A stretch of DNA of 64,000 nt from a bacterium (GCA_963675755.2 CAXXMD010000003.1:512001-576000), one strand, 5' to 3'; shown: positions 1-11,608, counted from the stretch's first letter. Notes: a model not told the origin generated them from the sequence alone. Made by a program: numbers and translations.

Positions 1-1
1 C

Positions 2-1048
2 GATGCCTTGTTACAGCACGATGTAGCTGTTGTATTGGGTGGTCTACATGCAACGGCCCTGCCCCAAGAAGCAAAACAACATTGTACGTCTGTGGTTGTA
101 GGCGAAGGTGAAATCACATGGCAGCAACTGCTCAAAGACGCTGAAACAAAAAAACTTGATCCAGTATATGGAAATAGTGAACAGGAATTTGATTTTAATG
201 AGGCACCTATGCCTGCATTTGAATTGTTAAACATAGAAAATTATAATCGTCTGACTGTTCAAACCAGCCGTGGATGCCCTCACTTTTGTGAATTCTGCGC
301 CAATACCATTATGCTGACCCGAAAATACAAACAAAAACCTCAGGCCAAAGTATTGGCTGAAATCGACAAAATCCGGGAAATATGGCCCCACCCCTTTATT
401 GAATTTGCGGATGACAATACCTTTGTAAACAAAGACTATTGGAAAGCCCTGTTACCCGAGCTAAAGAAAAGAAAAATTCGCTGGTTTACCGAGACAGACA
501 TCTCTATTGCAAACGATACAGAACTGTTACATCTCATGCGGGAGAGCGGTTGCGCGCAGGTACTGATTGGGCTTGAAAGTCCAACTTCTGATGCCCTTCG
601 AGGTTTAGATACCAGAAGTAACTGGAAAGAAAAACAATTCCACAACTATATGCAGGCGATTAAAACCATTCAATCACATGGTATAAGTGTAAATGGATGC
701 TTTATATTGGGCCTGGATGGACAAGACACAACAGTCTTTGACAAAGTCTATGACTTTGTTGAAAAATCAGGGCTACATGAAGTACAAATTACCGTACAAA
801 CTGCATTTCCGGGAACATTATTATACGAAAGACTGGTAAATGAAAAGCGGGTAATTAAATTAGACGCCTGGGAAAAATGCACCCTTTTCGACATTAATTT
901 TACCCCTAAAAACATGACAGTTCAGGAACTAGGCAAAGAATTTAGAGAACTGGGTGTAAAATTGTACAACAAAGATTTTACAAAAAAACGACAGGACCAT
1001 TTTAAGGAATTGCTGAGGGAACTGGTCAGGTCTCGGCGTTCAAATTAA
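2..1048 (+). CDS. B12-binding-domain radical SAM protein (5' end outside window)
   Basis: Frame is open from the window edge. Contains a GGLHAT B12-binding-like motif and the radical SAM motif SRGCPHFCEFC (CxxxCxxC). Confidence 0.9.
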   Translation, partial: DALLQHDVAVVLGGLHATALPQEAKQHCTSVVVGEGEITWQQLLKDAETKKLDPVYGNSEQEFDFNEAPMPAFELLNIENYNRLTVQTSRGCPHFCEFCANTIMLTRKYKQKPQAKVLAEIDKIREIWPHPFIEFADDNTFVNKDYWKALLPELKKRKIRWFTETDISIANDTELLHLMRESGCAQVLIGLESPTSDALRGLDTRSNWKEKQFHNYMQAIKTIQSHGISVNGCFILGLDGQDTTVFDKVYDFVEKSGLHEVQITVQTAFPGTLLYERLVNEKRVIKLDAWEKCTLFDINFTPKNMTVQELGKEFRELGVKLYNKDFTKKRQDHFKELLRELVRSRRSN

Positions 1049-1073
1049 AAATCCTAAATGAAAGGAGAATCCT

Positions 1074-1457
1074 GTGAAAAAGATCAGGTTAATATCTCTT
1101 TTGTTCTATGCAAGCGCAGTATATGACGGGCTGCTTGGAATCATTTTTCTATTTTTCCCGCTGTCATTATACAAGGTTTACTCGGTTACCTTTCCAAATC
1201 ATAATGGATATGTACAATTTCCGGCACTATTGTTGATTATATTTGGAATCATGTTCATGAATATTGCCAGAAAACCTGTACAAAACCGGAATTTAATGCC
1301 CTATGGTATATTATTAAAAGCCGCCTATTGTGGTGTTGTCTTTGTATATTGGTTTACGATCAATATTCCAAACATGTGGAAACCATTTGCAATCATTGAC
1401 CTGATTTTTGGTATTCTGTTTTATCTGTCTTATCGCTCACTGCAAAGCACCAACTAA
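1074..1457 (+). CDS. small four-TM membrane protein
   Basis: GTG start after an AGGAG RBS; four hydrophobic segments. Confidence 0.75.
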   Translation: MKKIRLISLLFYASAVYDGLLGIIFLFFPLSLYKVYSVTFPNHNGYVQFPALLLIIFGIMFMNIARKPVQNRNLMPYGILLKAAYCGVVFVYWFTINIPNMWKPFAIIDLIFGILFYLSYRSLQSTN

Positions 1458-1482
1458 GTTTTATCCTTTTTTAATCAAGCAT

Positions 1483-1508
1483 ATCAGGACCTCCCGAGGT
1501 TCCTGATA
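1483..1508. terminator. hairpin after the membrane-protein gene (terminator or REP-like)
   Basis: tatcagga-cctc-cc-gagg-t-tcctgata inverted repeat; no clean U-tract. Confidence 0.4.
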
Positions 1509-1597
1509 AGCTGTTATTGGCATGATTATTGATTAGTTAATTTGTTATAAACATTAGAATTATGTACTAAACAAAACTTTATAAAATCAGCCAATAT

Positions 1598-3817
1598 ATG
1601 ATTAATTATGACAAAATATTTCAGACATTCATTGACAAAATGAATGATGGTATCATTCAAGTCGATAAAGATCTGAAAATTGTCTATTGTAATCCCAAAG
1701 TTTGTGAACTTTTGGGACACTCTTTTGAACGTCTGCATCATAATTCTTTGCTTGACTTTCTAAGTCCCCAAAACCAAAAAATTGTTGCAAAACAATTTAA
1801 AATGCGGGAACAGGGTTCTAATCAATCCTATGAACTGGAATTCCACAAAAATGATCAAATCATTACAGCCATTCTGGTTCCCCACACAATATATGATGAA
1901 AACGATAATTTTATTGGAAGTGTAACCGTTCTTAATGATATTTCAGAACGCAAAAAAATCGAACAAGCACTTATATCCAACGAAGAAAAATATAAAGCCA
2001 TATTTAATAATAATTTTCAATTTACCGGATTATTGGATCCCCAAGGTTTATTGTTAGACGCCAATCAAATAGCATTGGATTTTATTGGTAAAGAAAAAAA
2101 AGATGTTATCAATCAATATTTTTGGGACACTCCCTGGTGGGCTCATGATAAATTTATTCAGCAAGACCTGAGAAACGCAATTCAACATGCCTTAACCGGT
2201 GAAATAGTACATTTCGAAACCTATCATATCAATGCAAAAGGTGAAAAACGATACTTTGATGTTACACTTAAACCGGTCATAGATTCTAATAATGAGATCA
2301 TTTATATCGTTCCGGAAAGTCATGATTTTACTGACAGGCGCAATATAACAAAATCGCTTTATGAGAACAAGAAACGTTACCAGCTATTGTTTGAAATGGC
2401 AAGTGTGGGAATCATTATTCTCAGAGAAGGAAGCTTTTTTGATTGTAATAAAAAAACCATGGAACTGTTTGAAACAGATTCCAGCAGATATTTTATAGAT
2501 AAAAGTCCCGAAGAATTATCACCAGAGAAACAAAAAGATGGTATTCTGTCAAGTACTAAAGCTCAGGAATATCTAAAAGCAGCACTTGAGGGTACCCCAC
2601 AGGATTTTGAATGGACCTTTCTAAAAGCATCCGGTAAAGAGTTTATTGCAAGAGTAAGGCTTGATCTTATTGTAATCAATGAAACACGCTTTATTCAGGG
2701 ATTCGTTACAGATATTACTGAAATTAAAAAAGCAGAGCAAGCTCTGCTTGAAAGTGAAGAAAAATATCGTACACTGGTTGAACTTGCAAATGACGGCGTT
2801 GTTATTGTACAGGATGGTTTGTTAAAATTTATCAATTCCAGATTTTTAAAAATGCTTGGCTATTCTTTTCAACGAGCCATCAATCATCCGCTTGAACAAT
2901 TTATTTACCCTGATGATCGCGCTCATGTTCTTGAATATTATAAAAAAAGAATGAAGGGCGAAATTTCTACAAATATGTACAACTTTAGAATCATTACCAA
3001 AGATAACCGGGTAATTACAATTGAAGCAAACATAATGAGAATCATTTACCAGGGTAAACCTGCAAGTTTTGGGTTTATACGAGATGTTACTGAACGACTA
3101 AAACTACAGGAAAAACTTGCTTTTTCAGAAAAAATGTCTACCATTGGTGAGCTTTCAAGAAAAGTTGCTCACGAAATTGGCAACCCGCTTTCATCCATTT
3201 TACATTCAGCAAGTGAATTAAATGATACAGCAATGCTTGCCGGTGATGAAAAAATATTAATGGATATCATCCTTAAAGAAACCAAACGTTTAGATGAAAT
3301 CATCAAAAACTTTTTAAAATTCAGCAGACCCAGACAACCTGAATTTAAAACAATCAACCTTGCAACAATTGTTAACGAATTGTATCTGGTATTTCAAAAT
3401 GATCAAACCTTTAAAGAAAAAAATATTGTATTAGAAAAAACAATAGAACAAGACCTGCCAGAAATAACAGCAGATCCCAATATGATCAAAGAAGTACTCT
3501 GGAACATATTTTTAAACGCCAGGGATGCTTTAGACTCAAATGGATGTATTTGCCTTTCTCTTTTTTCTCTATCGCATGAAAATGTTAAATCTGTCCAGAT
3601 GATAATAAGAGATAATGGAAAAGGTATTCCTAAAGAAAATATAAACATAATATTTGAGCCATATTTTACTTCAAAATTTACCGGTTCCGGGCTGGGGCTG
3701 GCAACAGTCAAGAAAAATATTTCCGAACATGATGGAAGCATTTCAGTAAAATCCACAATAGATAAAGGTACCGAATTCAACATCATTCTACCCGTTGAGA
3801 GGAGCATTGAAAAGTGA
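1598..3817 (+). CDS. cytoplasmic multi-PAS (about 4 PAS/PAC) sensor histidine kinase
   Basis: Repeated PAS/PAC segments ending DISERK, DFTDRR, DITEIK, DVTERL; H-box VAHEIGNPL; N box NARDA; DNGKG and GSGLGL boxes; no TM helix. Confidence 0.93.
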   Translation: MINYDKIFQTFIDKMNDGIIQVDKDLKIVYCNPKVCELLGHSFERLHHNSLLDFLSPQNQKIVAKQFKMREQGSNQSYELEFHKNDQIITAILVPHTIYDENDNFIGSVTVLNDISERKKIEQALISNEEKYKAIFNNNFQFTGLLDPQGLLLDANQIALDFIGKEKKDVINQYFWDTPWWAHDKFIQQDLRNAIQHALTGEIVHFETYHINAKGEKRYFDVTLKPVIDSNNEIIYIVPESHDFTDRRNITKSLYENKKRYQLLFEMASVGIIILREGSFFDCNKKTMELFETDSSRYFIDKSPEELSPEKQKDGILSSTKAQEYLKAALEGTPQDFEWTFLKASGKEFIARVRLDLIVINETRFIQGFVTDITEIKKAEQALLESEEKYRTLVELANDGVVIVQDGLLKFINSRFLKMLGYSFQRAINHPLEQFIYPDDRAHVLEYYKKRMKGEISTNMYNFRIITKDNRVITIEANIMRIIYQGKPASFGFIRDVTERLKLQEKLAFSEKMSTIGELSRKVAHEIGNPLSSILHSASELNDTAMLAGDEKILMDIILKETKRLDEIIKNFLKFSRPRQPEFKTINLATIVNELYLVFQNDQTFKEKNIVLEKTIEQDLPEITADPNMIKEVLWNIFLNARDALDSNGCICLSLFSLSHENVKSVQMIIRDNGKGIPKENINIIFEPYFTSKFTGSGLGLATVKKNISEHDGSISVKSTIDKGTEFNIILPVERSIEK

Positions 3818-5160
3818 AAAGCATCCTAATAATAGATGATAATGACAGCTTTAGAAAAGTATTATCAATGCGCCTGGGAAAACGGGGATTCAGGGTCAAA
3901 GATGTTGCAGAAAGCATTAAAGGTTTGGAACTGATTACAAATGAATTTTTCGACATTATTATCACAGACCTTGTTATGAAGGACAAAGACGGTATTCAGG
4001 TCATTCAGGAAGCACGTGTATCAAGTCCTGCATCTATAATCATTCTTATAACCGCATATGGTTCAGTTGACACAGCCGTTCAGGCTATCAAAGCTGGTGC
4101 ATATGATTATATTACCAAAGAATCAAACCTTGATGAAATTCTATTGGTCATTGACAGAGCCATGGAAAAAAAATCATTGATGGATAAAATCCAGGTCCTC
4201 GAAAATCAAATTCGTGAACAATTTGATTTTGACGAGATCATTGGCAGCTCTCCCAAAATGATAGAAGTATTGAAAACTATATCAAAGGTAAGTACTACCC
4301 AGGCAACCGTACTCATTACCGGCCAGTCAGGTACGGGTAAGGAGTTGGTTGGCAAAGCAATTCATTATAACAGCCCTCGTAAAAACAAATCTCTGGTAAC
4401 AATTAATTGCGGGGCAATCCCGGAGAACCTTCAGGAAAGTGAATTGTTTGGCTATAAAAAAGGGGCCTTTACCGGAGCTATTCAGGATAAAAAGGGATTA
4501 ATTGAAGAAGCAGATGGTGGTACATTAATCCTTGATGAAGTTGGCGAGCTGTCACCTACAGCCCAGGTAAAGTTGTTGCGTTTTTTACAAAACAACGAAG
4601 TACGCAGGGTCGGTGATACTAAAACAAGCATAGTAGACGTTCGCATTATTGCCATGACAAACCGCAATCTTGAAGACGAAGTCAAAAACAATACTTTTCG
4701 TGAAGACTTGTTTTTCAGACTGAATGTTGTTCCAATTATATTACCCTCCCTTTCAGAAAGACCTGGTGATATTGAAATCATGCTGGAGCATTTTGTTAAA
4801 AAAATTGGCAAAAAATTACACATGACAAAATTAAACATTACTCCTGAAGCAGTCCGTCTATTAAAGATTTATCACTGGCCGGGTAACATCCGTGAATTGG
4901 AAAATGTATTGGAACGATGTGCAATCTTGTGTAACGATGAAACCATATACCCTGATGATTTACCGTCAGACATTCAGCAAAAAAATAATAACAATGAACC
5001 CGAGTTCACGGGCACACATTTGTCATTACAAGAGATTGAAAAAAAATACATCCTTTCTGTTCTTGATAGTACAAACGGTAACAAGTCACATGCTGCAGAT
5101 ATCTTGCAAATTTCCAGACCCACTTTGATCAATAAATTAAAATCATATAACATTGATTAA
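3814..5160 (+). CDS. sigma54-dependent response regulator (NtrC/AtoC family)
   Basis: Receiver domain, Walker A GQSGTGKE, ESELFG and GAFTGA, WPGNIRELEN, C-terminal Fis-type HTH; GTGA overlap with the kinase. Confidence 0.95.
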   Translation: MKSILIIDDNDSFRKVLSMRLGKRGFRVKDVAESIKGLELITNEFFDIIITDLVMKDKDGIQVIQEARVSSPASIIILITAYGSVDTAVQAIKAGAYDYITKESNLDEILLVIDRAMEKKSLMDKIQVLENQIREQFDFDEIIGSSPKMIEVLKTISKVSTTQATVLITGQSGTGKELVGKAIHYNSPRKNKSLVTINCGAIPENLQESELFGYKKGAFTGAIQDKKGLIEEADGGTLILDEVGELSPTAQVKLLRFLQNNEVRRVGDTKTSIVDVRIIAMTNRNLEDEVKNNTFREDLFFRLNVVPIILPSLSERPGDIEIMLEHFVKKIGKKLHMTKLNITPEAVRLLKIYHWPGNIRELENVLERCAILCNDETIYPDDLPSDIQQKNNNNEPEFTGTHLSLQEIEKKYILSVLDSTNGNKSHAADILQISRPTLINKLKSYNID

Positions 5161-5203
5161 TTTCTTTACACCTACTCTTAAAAACTGTAAAGATTCTTTA
5201 CAG
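5154..5203. promoter_or_regulatory. candidate upstream activator site for a sigma54 activator
   Basis: Palindrome CTGTAAAG-ATT-CTTTACAG (5185-5203) plus a degenerate copy ending CTTTACA at 5170, about 100-130 bp upstream of the -24 element. Confidence 0.6.
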
Positions 5204-5298
5204 CATTTTCTTTCCAAAAATAAAACCACTTTTCTTGCCATCTAAGCAAGCCCAATAAAAACAAAGCATTACATCTTGAAAAATTATCGGTAAATCTT

Positions 5299-5314
5299 TG
5301 GTACAACCTTTGCT
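5299..5314 (+). promoter_or_regulatory. sigma54 (-24/-12) promoter
   Basis: TGGTACAACCTTTGCT: GG at 5300 and GC at 5312, exact GG-N10-GC spacing. Confidence 0.75.
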
Positions 5315-5342
5315 TATACTGATAATAAAAAAAGAAAACGAG

Positions 5343-5672
5343 ATGAAAAATATACTAATAATAGATGACAACATTTCCCTTTGTGAATCAATAAAGATAT
5401 CGTTAAAAAAATACGACTATAATATAGATACAGCTTATAATGGAAAAAGTGCTATTTCCAAGATCCAGGAATCAGATTACAATACCATCATTACCGATGT
5501 TTTCATGCCAGACATAAACGGAATAGAACTGGCACAAAATGTTTTCAAACAATTTCCGGATATGAAAATAATTATCATGACAGCTAAAGAATTTCCACAA
5601 TTCCAGGAACCCTTTAAAAAACTACAAAAACCATTTTCAAATTCCGAGCTTGTCAAACTAATTGAAAATTAA
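5343..5672 (+). CDS. single-domain response regulator
   Basis: ILIIDD...ITDVFMPDINGIEL...IIMTA...QKPF. Start moved to ATG 5343 because the longer ORF overlaps the promoter. Confidence 0.88.
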   Translation: MKNILIIDDNISLCESIKISLKKYDYNIDTAYNGKSAISKIQESDYNTIITDVFMPDINGIELAQNVFKQFPDMKIIIMTAKEFPQFQEPFKKLQKPFSNSELVKLIEN

Positions 5673-5693
5673 TTAAATCTAAAAGGTAGACAA

Positions 5694-6233
5694 ATGTCAA
5701 ATACAACAACTTCAAATATTGTAAAAAAAGAAAACTATGCTTTATCTACTCTTGAACGAAATGACAAGGTGGAAACAAATAAATACCTGACCTTCTTTTT
5801 AAAAGATGAAGAATATGGTATTGAAATCTCCAAAGTGATCGAAATCATTGGTGAAATGCCCATAGTACCCATACCCAAATTACCAGACTATATCAAAGGG
5901 ATCATCAACTTGCGCGGTAGAATTGTACCAATAGTAAATCTGAGATTAAAATTGGGAATGGCAGACAAAGAAATGACCGATGAATCTGTCATTATCATTG
6001 TTAGTTCAAGTAATCGGGATATGGGTCTGATTATTGATAAAGTTACCGAAGTGCTTGACATCCGTCAGGATAATATTGATGATGCCCCTGAGTTTGGTAC
6101 CAGTATAAATACAGAGTATATCATAGGTATAGCAAAACAGGAAGACTCGATCAAGATCATTCTGGATATTGATAAAGTTATCAATTCGGAAAAGATCTCT
6201 GAATCAATTGAAGATAATAATAATAATATATAA
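5694..6233 (+). CDS. cheW: chemotaxis coupling protein CheW
   Basis: YLTFFL..EEYGIEI..V.EI, IKGIINLRGRIVPIVNLR, GLIIDKVTEV. Confidence 0.95.
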   Translation: MSNTTTSNIVKKENYALSTLERNDKVETNKYLTFFLKDEEYGIEISKVIEIIGEMPIVPIPKLPDYIKGIINLRGRIVPIVNLRLKLGMADKEMTDESVIIIVSSSNRDMGLIIDKVTEVLDIRQDNIDDAPEFGTSINTEYIIGIAKQEDSIKIILDIDKVINSEKISESIEDNNNNI

Positions 6234-6254
6234 AATGGTTAGGAGGAAATAACC

Positions 6255-8663
6255 ATGTTAAATAAACTCAGTCTTAAAAACAAAATTGCTCTGATTGTAG
6301 TACTTATGATTATTGCTCTTGTTGCGATCAGCAGTTGGGTTTCATACGAATCAGCATATACTTCAGTTAAAGAATCGTATGTAAATCAAATTGAAAACAT
6401 TAACAAATCAATTGACCAAAAATTAACAAATTTCTATGAAACCCAGGAAAAAATCGCGGCTGCTCTTGCATCAGATAGAATGATGATTGATGCAATCAAT
6501 CAAGGTGACCACGAGAGACTGATCGAAATGCTTTCTCTTTCCGAAAGTCAGAGTGATATTTATGAAAATCTGTTTTTATCTACAGCAGAAGAAAACACAT
6601 CCATTTTTGCATGTCCTGAAAAACTTGTAGAATCATCTATTAATTTAAAATGGCGTGACACAGGCTTTAACGAAAATATTAAAAAAGCACTTCAAGGACA
6701 ATCCCATCTTAGCAGAGTAGGCATTTCTCCTGCTACAGGTCTCATTGTTCAGGTATACACCGTACCGGTCAAAGAAAATGGTAAAGTAATTGCTATTTTG
6801 GGCATGCCCTTTGATTTAGGTACATTTTCAAAAAGTATTGTACAAAATATAAAGATTGGCTCTACCGGGTATCCTTTTATTACTGATCTTCAAGGAATAG
6901 CATATGCTCATCCTGATGAAAAACAAATCATGAAACTTGATATCAAAGAATATGATTGGGGAAAACAAATACTTGAATTACCATCAGGCTCTGTTCTGGA
7001 ATACAAGTGGCAAGGCAAAAAAAAGATATTGTCTTTTATCAAAAACGAAAAATATGATTATATCTGCTCAAGTTCATTGTATGATGATGATATGAAAGCA
7101 AGCGCAGCTTCTGTAGTTCGCATTCTGGTTATTACTGGTGTATTCATCATTATTGTTGCAGGTGTACTGATTTTTCTGTTCCTCCGCAAAAGTCTCAAAC
7201 CGCTTGATACTACTGTTGAAGCCGCAAATAAACTGGCTGAAGGTGATATTGATGTTTCTGTTGATCTTAATCGCCAGGATGAAATTGGTCAAATGTTAAA
7301 AGCTTTTGATAAAATGATCCAAAGCATTAAAGCCAAAGCAGAAACCGCAGCAGAAATTGCCAAAGGCAACCTGGATGTCGATGTACAGGCTGTATCTAAC
7401 AAAGATGTTTTAGGCAACGCAATGGTAGCTCTAAAAGAAAACGTAACTGCAATGGTACAGGATGTAAATAATCTCGCGACAGCAGCTGTAAACGGAAATC
7501 TTTCAGTCCGTGCAAATGCCGAAAACCATCAAGGACAATTCCGTAATATCGTCCTGGGTATTAATGGCACATTAGACGGTGTCATGGGCCCCATTAACGA
7601 AGCGTCTATTATCCTTGAAAAACTGGCAAACCGTGACCTCAGTAGTCGGATGGAAGGCGACTATAAAGGTGACCATGCAAAGATCAAAAACTCTTTAAAC
7701 ACAGCACTTGAAAATCTCGATGCCAGTATACAGCAAGTATTTTCCGGCGCAGAACAGGTTGCCTCTGCTGCAAATCAAATTAGTGACGGTAGCCAGCAAA
7801 TGGCACAATCCGCTACAGAACAAGCCGGTAATCTGGAAGAAATCTCAAGTAATCTCCAGGAAATCACGTCCATGTCATTGCAAAACTCTAGCAATGCTAA
7901 AGAAGCAAAAAGCATGACAGACAATTCACGTGAAAGTGCTAAAAAAGGTGTAGATAGCATGGGCCGTTTGTCAAGCGCAATTGACAAGATTAAAACATCA
8001 TCTGACGAAACCAGCAAGATTGTTAAAACGATTGACGAAATTGCATTCCAAACCAATCTGCTTGCGTTGAATGCCGCAGTTGAAGCCGCAAGAGCTGGTG
8101 AAGCAGGTAAAGGGTTTGCTGTAGTTGCTGAAGAAGTACGAAACCTGGCAATACGAAGCGCAGAAGCTGCAAAATCTACTGCTGATCTCATCCAGGAATC
8201 TGTAAGTAATGCCCAGGAAGGTGTAGTCCACAATCAGGAAGTAATGGAAAACCTGAACATCATCAATGACCAGGTTATTAAAATTGGTGAGATCATGGGT
8301 GAAGTAGCAGCTGGATCAGATCAGCAACGTGGCGGTGTTGAACAGGTGAATATGGCTATTGAACAAATGAACAAGATTACCCAGCAAAACGCTGCCAACT
8401 CGGAAGAATCTGCAAGTGCTTCCGAAGAACTCTCAAGTCAGGCTGAAGAAATGCGGTCACTTACTTCTAAATTCAAAGTATCTGGCATGCTTTCTCGTTC
8501 TAGCATCAGATCCAATATTGATTATACCAAAAGCAAACATGAAAATGGATTCAGCAATGGCTCTCACTCTAACGGCAATGGTATAGATTTATCCGCAGAA
8601 GAATTGATACCTTTTGACGACTCTGATAATAAGAATGACAACTTTGTTTTAAAAGAATTTTAA
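6255..8663 (+). CDS. methyl-accepting chemotaxis protein (dCache sensor, multi-HAMP), MCP1
   Basis: TM-Cache-TM-HAMPs; hairpin tip [37 protein letters not shown]; C-terminal FVLKEF tail. Confidence 0.96.
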   Translation: MLNKLSLKNKIALIVVLMIIALVAISSWVSYESAYTSVKESYVNQIENINKSIDQKLTNFYETQEKIAAALASDRMMIDAINQGDHERLIEMLSLSESQSDIYENLFLSTAEENTSIFACPEKLVESSINLKWRDTGFNENIKKALQGQSHLSRVGISPATGLIVQVYTVPVKENGKVIAILGMPFDLGTFSKSIVQNIKIGSTGYPFITDLQGIAYAHPDEKQIMKLDIKEYDWGKQILELPSGSVLEYKWQGKKKILSFIKNEKYDYICSSSLYDDDMKASAASVVRILVITGVFIIIVAGVLIFLFLRKSLKPLDTTVEAANKLAEGDIDVSVDLNRQDEIGQMLKAFDKMIQSIKAKAETAAEIAKGNLDVDVQAVSNKDVLGNAMVALKENVTAMVQDVNNLATAAVNGNLSVRANAENHQGQFRNIVLGINGTLDGVMGPINEASIILEKLANRDLSSRMEGDYKGDHAKIKNSLNTALENLDASIQQVFSGAEQVASAANQISDGSQQMAQSATEQAGNLEEISSNLQEITSMSLQNSSNAKEAKSMTDNSRESAKKGVDSMGRLSSAIDKIKTSSDETSKIVKTIDEIAFQTNLLALNAAVEAARAGEAGKGFAVVAEEVRNLAIRSAEAAKSTADLIQESVSNAQEGVVHNQEVMENLNIINDQVIKIGEIMGEVAAGSDQQRGGVEQVNMAIEQMNKITQQNAANSEESASASEELSSQAEEMRSLTSKFKVSGMLSRSSIRSNIDYTKSKHENGFSNGSHSNGNGIDLSAEELIPFDDSDNKNDNFVLKEF

Positions 8664-8683
8664 TACCCCTCAATTCCCCCTCA

Positions 8684-8732
8684 AAAGCCTCTGTAATCCT
8701 GTAATTTTGGATTACAGAGGCTTTCCTTTTTT
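8684..8732 (+). terminator. intrinsic terminator
   Basis: aaagcctctgtaatcc...ggattacagaggcttt followed by a T-tract. Confidence 0.8.
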
Positions 8733-8834
8733 ATATAAACTCAACATAATAATATTTTTTCTTTCACTATTTACATTTCTTCACATAACAAAAAATATTT
8801 TAAATTTTAGCCAAATTTATCATTTTCCTCGAAA

Positions 8835-8850
8835 TGGTACAAAATTTGTT
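8835..8850 (+). promoter_or_regulatory. variant sigma54 promoter upstream of MCP2
   Basis: TGGTACAAAATTTGTT: GG-N10-GT; first 8 nt identical to the 5299 promoter, but -12 is GT instead of GC. Confidence 0.45.
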
Positions 8851-8906
8851 ACAAAAGATATGAATTAATGAAACTTGTAATATCACATATCTTTAAGAAT
8901 CTTACT

Positions 8907-8940
8907 GCAGTATTTCACTCGTAGCAGTATTTCACTCGTA
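8907..8940. repeat. 17-bp perfect tandem duplication
   Basis: gcagtatttcactcgta twice (8907-8923, 8924-8940) in the MCP2 leader. Confidence 0.9.
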
Positions 8941-9027
8941 ACATTAGTTCTAAATTTCAACAAAACAACAATTTCAAAATTTCACATGTCAGTGTCTAGA
9001 GCACAATAAACATGAAAGGATAACGTT

Positions 9028-11433
9028 TTGAACTTAAAAAACAAGAGTTTAAAGAACAGGATCTCATTTATAGTCTTGTCATTAATTCTACTTTTGGTAA
9101 CTGTCAGTAGTATTGTAGCATTTAAAACTTCACACCAGGCTGTGCAAGCATCATATGTCAATCAAATGCTAAATATCAACAAAACACTTGATAAACAACT
9201 GAACAATTTTTACACAGAGCAGATAAATATTGCCAATTCTTTAGTTTCAAACCAGGAATTGATTACAGCTATTAATAATAACGATTCCTTTGAAGTGAAC
9301 AAGTTATTATCTATTGTTAGTGATCAAACAAATATTTATGAAGGTTTTTTCGTTTCTACTCCGGAAAATGATACAGAAATTTTGTATGCTCCAAAAAAAA
9401 TGCCTTTTTTATTGGGCTTAAAGTGGGCGAACACAGGTTTTGATAATAATTTGAATACTGCTCTAAATGGCAAACAGCTACTGAGTGACATCGGCATCTC
9501 TCCTGCTACCGGCAGAGCGGTTCAGTTATTGACCACACCTATCAAGAATAATGGACAGGTTATTGGAATTTTGGGAATGTCAATTGATATTGGTACCTTT
9601 TCAAACAGTACGGTCAAAGATATAACCATTGGCTCCAACGGTTATGCTGCCGTCTTAACCTTCGAGGGCATTGCCTTTGCTCATCCCGATGAAAAACTGG
9701 TTATGAAAGTAGATTTTAGCAAATACGATTTTGGCAAAAAAGCAATTGAAATGCCTTCCGGTAGTGTCATTGAATACAATTTTCAGGGTGATGCCAAAAT
9801 ACTTACCACCATTAAAAACGAAACCTATAAATATATTGCCGTAACAACCATGCCCGAAAGTGATATTATAGCCAGTGCCATTAAAATAGCTAAAATATTA
9901 TCACTGTTGGGTATTATTGCCATAATTGGTAATGGAATATTTATCTTGTTGTACCTGAACAAAAGTTTAAAACCGCTGGAAACAACCGTAACCGCTGCCA
10001 ACAAGCTTGCTGAAGGTGATGTTGATGTTTCCATCTCACACACCAGCAATGACGAAATTGGACAGATGCTCAAAGCTTTTGATAAAATGGTGCAAAGCAT
10101 TAAAGCCAAAGCGGAAACCGCTGCTGAAATTGCGAAAGGCAATCTGGAGGTTGACGTTCAAGCCATTTCAAATAAAGATGTTCTGGGCAACGCCATGGTT
10201 GCACTCAAACAGAACGTAACCGCCATGGTCAATGATGTTGACAGTCTCGCAACCGCCGCCGTGAACGGTAACCTTTCCGTTCGTGCAAATGCAGAACAGC
10301 ATCAGGGACAGTTTCGCAAAATCGTTCAGGGTATCAATGAAACGCTTGATGGTATTATGGGACCTATCAACGAAGCTTCCGACGTTCTCGAAAAACTGGC
10401 GGACAGAGATTTGAGCATTCGGATGCATGGCGATTACAAAGGCGACCACGCCAAAATTAAAACCTCTATCAATACCGCTCTTGAAAATCTGGACGCAAGC
10501 ATTCAACAGGTCTTTTCCGGTGCTGAACAGGTTGCCTCTGCCTCGAATCAAATCAGCGATGGCAGTCAGCAAATGGCACAGTCCGCTACAGAACAAGCCG
10601 GTAACCTGGAAGAAATCTCCAGCAATCTGCAAGAGATCACATCCATGTCGCTTCAAAATACCAACAATGCCAAAGAAGCCAAAAACATGACCGACAACTC
10701 GCGCGAAAGTGCTTTAAAAGGTGTGGAGAGTATGAAACGCCTCTCCGTATCCATAGATAAAATCAAAACATCTTCCGATGAAACCAGCAAGATCGTTAAA
10801 ACCATTGATGAAATCGCTTTCCAGACCAACCTGCTCGCGCTCAATGCCGCGGTTGAAGCCGCAAGGGCCGGTGAAGCAGGCAAAGGATTTGCCGTAGTGG
10901 CCGAAGAAGTACGTAACCTGGCAATCAGAAGCGCGGAAGCCGCTAAAAACACAACCGATCTCATAAACGAATCGGTAAGCAACGCACAGGAAGGTGTGGT
11001 ACAAAACAAAGAAGTAATGGAAAACCTGCAGCTTATTAATGACCAGGTTATTAAAATCGGTGAAATCATGAGTGAAGTATCAGCAGGGTCAGAACAGCAG
11101 CGTGGTGGTGTGGAACAGGTCAATATGGCAATCGATCAGATGAACAAAATCACACAGCAGAACGCAGCCAATGCTGAAGAATCTGCAAGCGCATCCGAAG
11201 AACTCTCCAGCCAGGCTGAAGAAATGCGTTCATTAACTGCCAGGTTTCAGGTCTCAAGATCTGCTTCCGGTGTTCATATAATTGCTCCAAAATCGTCACA
11301 ACCCGCACAATCAACCTCAAATTACAGAACCCGTCAAACAAGCAACGGGGCAAGCAAATCTGCGGAAGATCTGATTCCCTTTGACGACTTTGACAGTAAC
11401 GCTAACGATAAATTTATTCTGGGTGAATTCTAG
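9028..11433 (+). CDS. methyl-accepting chemotaxis protein (dCache, multi-HAMP), MCP2
   Basis: Same architecture as MCP1; TTG start after AAGGA; FILGEF tail. Confidence 0.95.
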   Translation: MNLKNKSLKNRISFIVLSLILLLVTVSSIVAFKTSHQAVQASYVNQMLNINKTLDKQLNNFYTEQINIANSLVSNQELITAINNNDSFEVNKLLSIVSDQTNIYEGFFVSTPENDTEILYAPKKMPFLLGLKWANTGFDNNLNTALNGKQLLSDIGISPATGRAVQLLTTPIKNNGQVIGILGMSIDIGTFSNSTVKDITIGSNGYAAVLTFEGIAFAHPDEKLVMKVDFSKYDFGKKAIEMPSGSVIEYNFQGDAKILTTIKNETYKYIAVTTMPESDIIASAIKIAKILSLLGIIAIIGNGIFILLYLNKSLKPLETTVTAANKLAEGDVDVSISHTSNDEIGQMLKAFDKMVQSIKAKAETAAEIAKGNLEVDVQAISNKDVLGNAMVALKQNVTAMVNDVDSLATAAVNGNLSVRANAEQHQGQFRKIVQGINETLDGIMGPINEASDVLEKLADRDLSIRMHGDYKGDHAKIKTSINTALENLDASIQQVFSGAEQVASASNQISDGSQQMAQSATEQAGNLEEISSNLQEITSMSLQNTNNAKEAKNMTDNSRESALKGVESMKRLSVSIDKIKTSSDETSKIVKTIDEIAFQTNLLALNAAVEAARAGEAGKGFAVVAEEVRNLAIRSAEAAKNTTDLINESVSNAQEGVVQNKEVMENLQLINDQVIKIGEIMSEVSAGSEQQRGGVEQVNMAIDQMNKITQQNAANAEESASASEELSSQAEEMRSLTARFQVSRSASGVHIIAPKSSQPAQSTSNYRTRQTSNGASKSAEDLIPFDDFDSNANDKFILGEF
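9985..11433 (+). repeat. about 1.45-kb near-identical repeat, copy 1 (3' part of MCP2)
   Basis: Matches 12659-14107 at a constant offset of 2674, with mostly silent differences. Confidence 0.9.
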
Positions 11434-11441
11434 TATTACAA

Positions 11442-11484
11442 TATCCCTGTAATCTATCAATTAGATTACAGGGATACTATTTTT
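11442..11484 (+). terminator. intrinsic terminator
   Basis: tatccctgtaatcta-tcaat-tagattacagggata then a T-rich run. Confidence 0.7.
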
Positions 11485-11592
11485 GAACAATTTTTCCCAT
11501 TACCAAGTAAAAAATATTCTCTCTCTCAAACCAGAACCCAACAAAACCGCACTAACCTCAATAAAAACAAACATAATTACAAAAAATGAATC

Positions 11593-11608
11593 TGGCTTCA
11601 TTTTTGCC
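11593..11608 (+). promoter_or_regulatory. sigma54 promoter upstream of MCP3
   Basis: TGGCTTCATTTTTGCC: GG at 11594 and GC at 11606. Confidence 0.6.

Noticed and set aside
1518-1533. sigma54 promoter upstream of the kinase (TGGCATGATTATTGAT)
   Set aside because: The -12 position is GA instead of GC and there is no supporting evidence; too weak to call.
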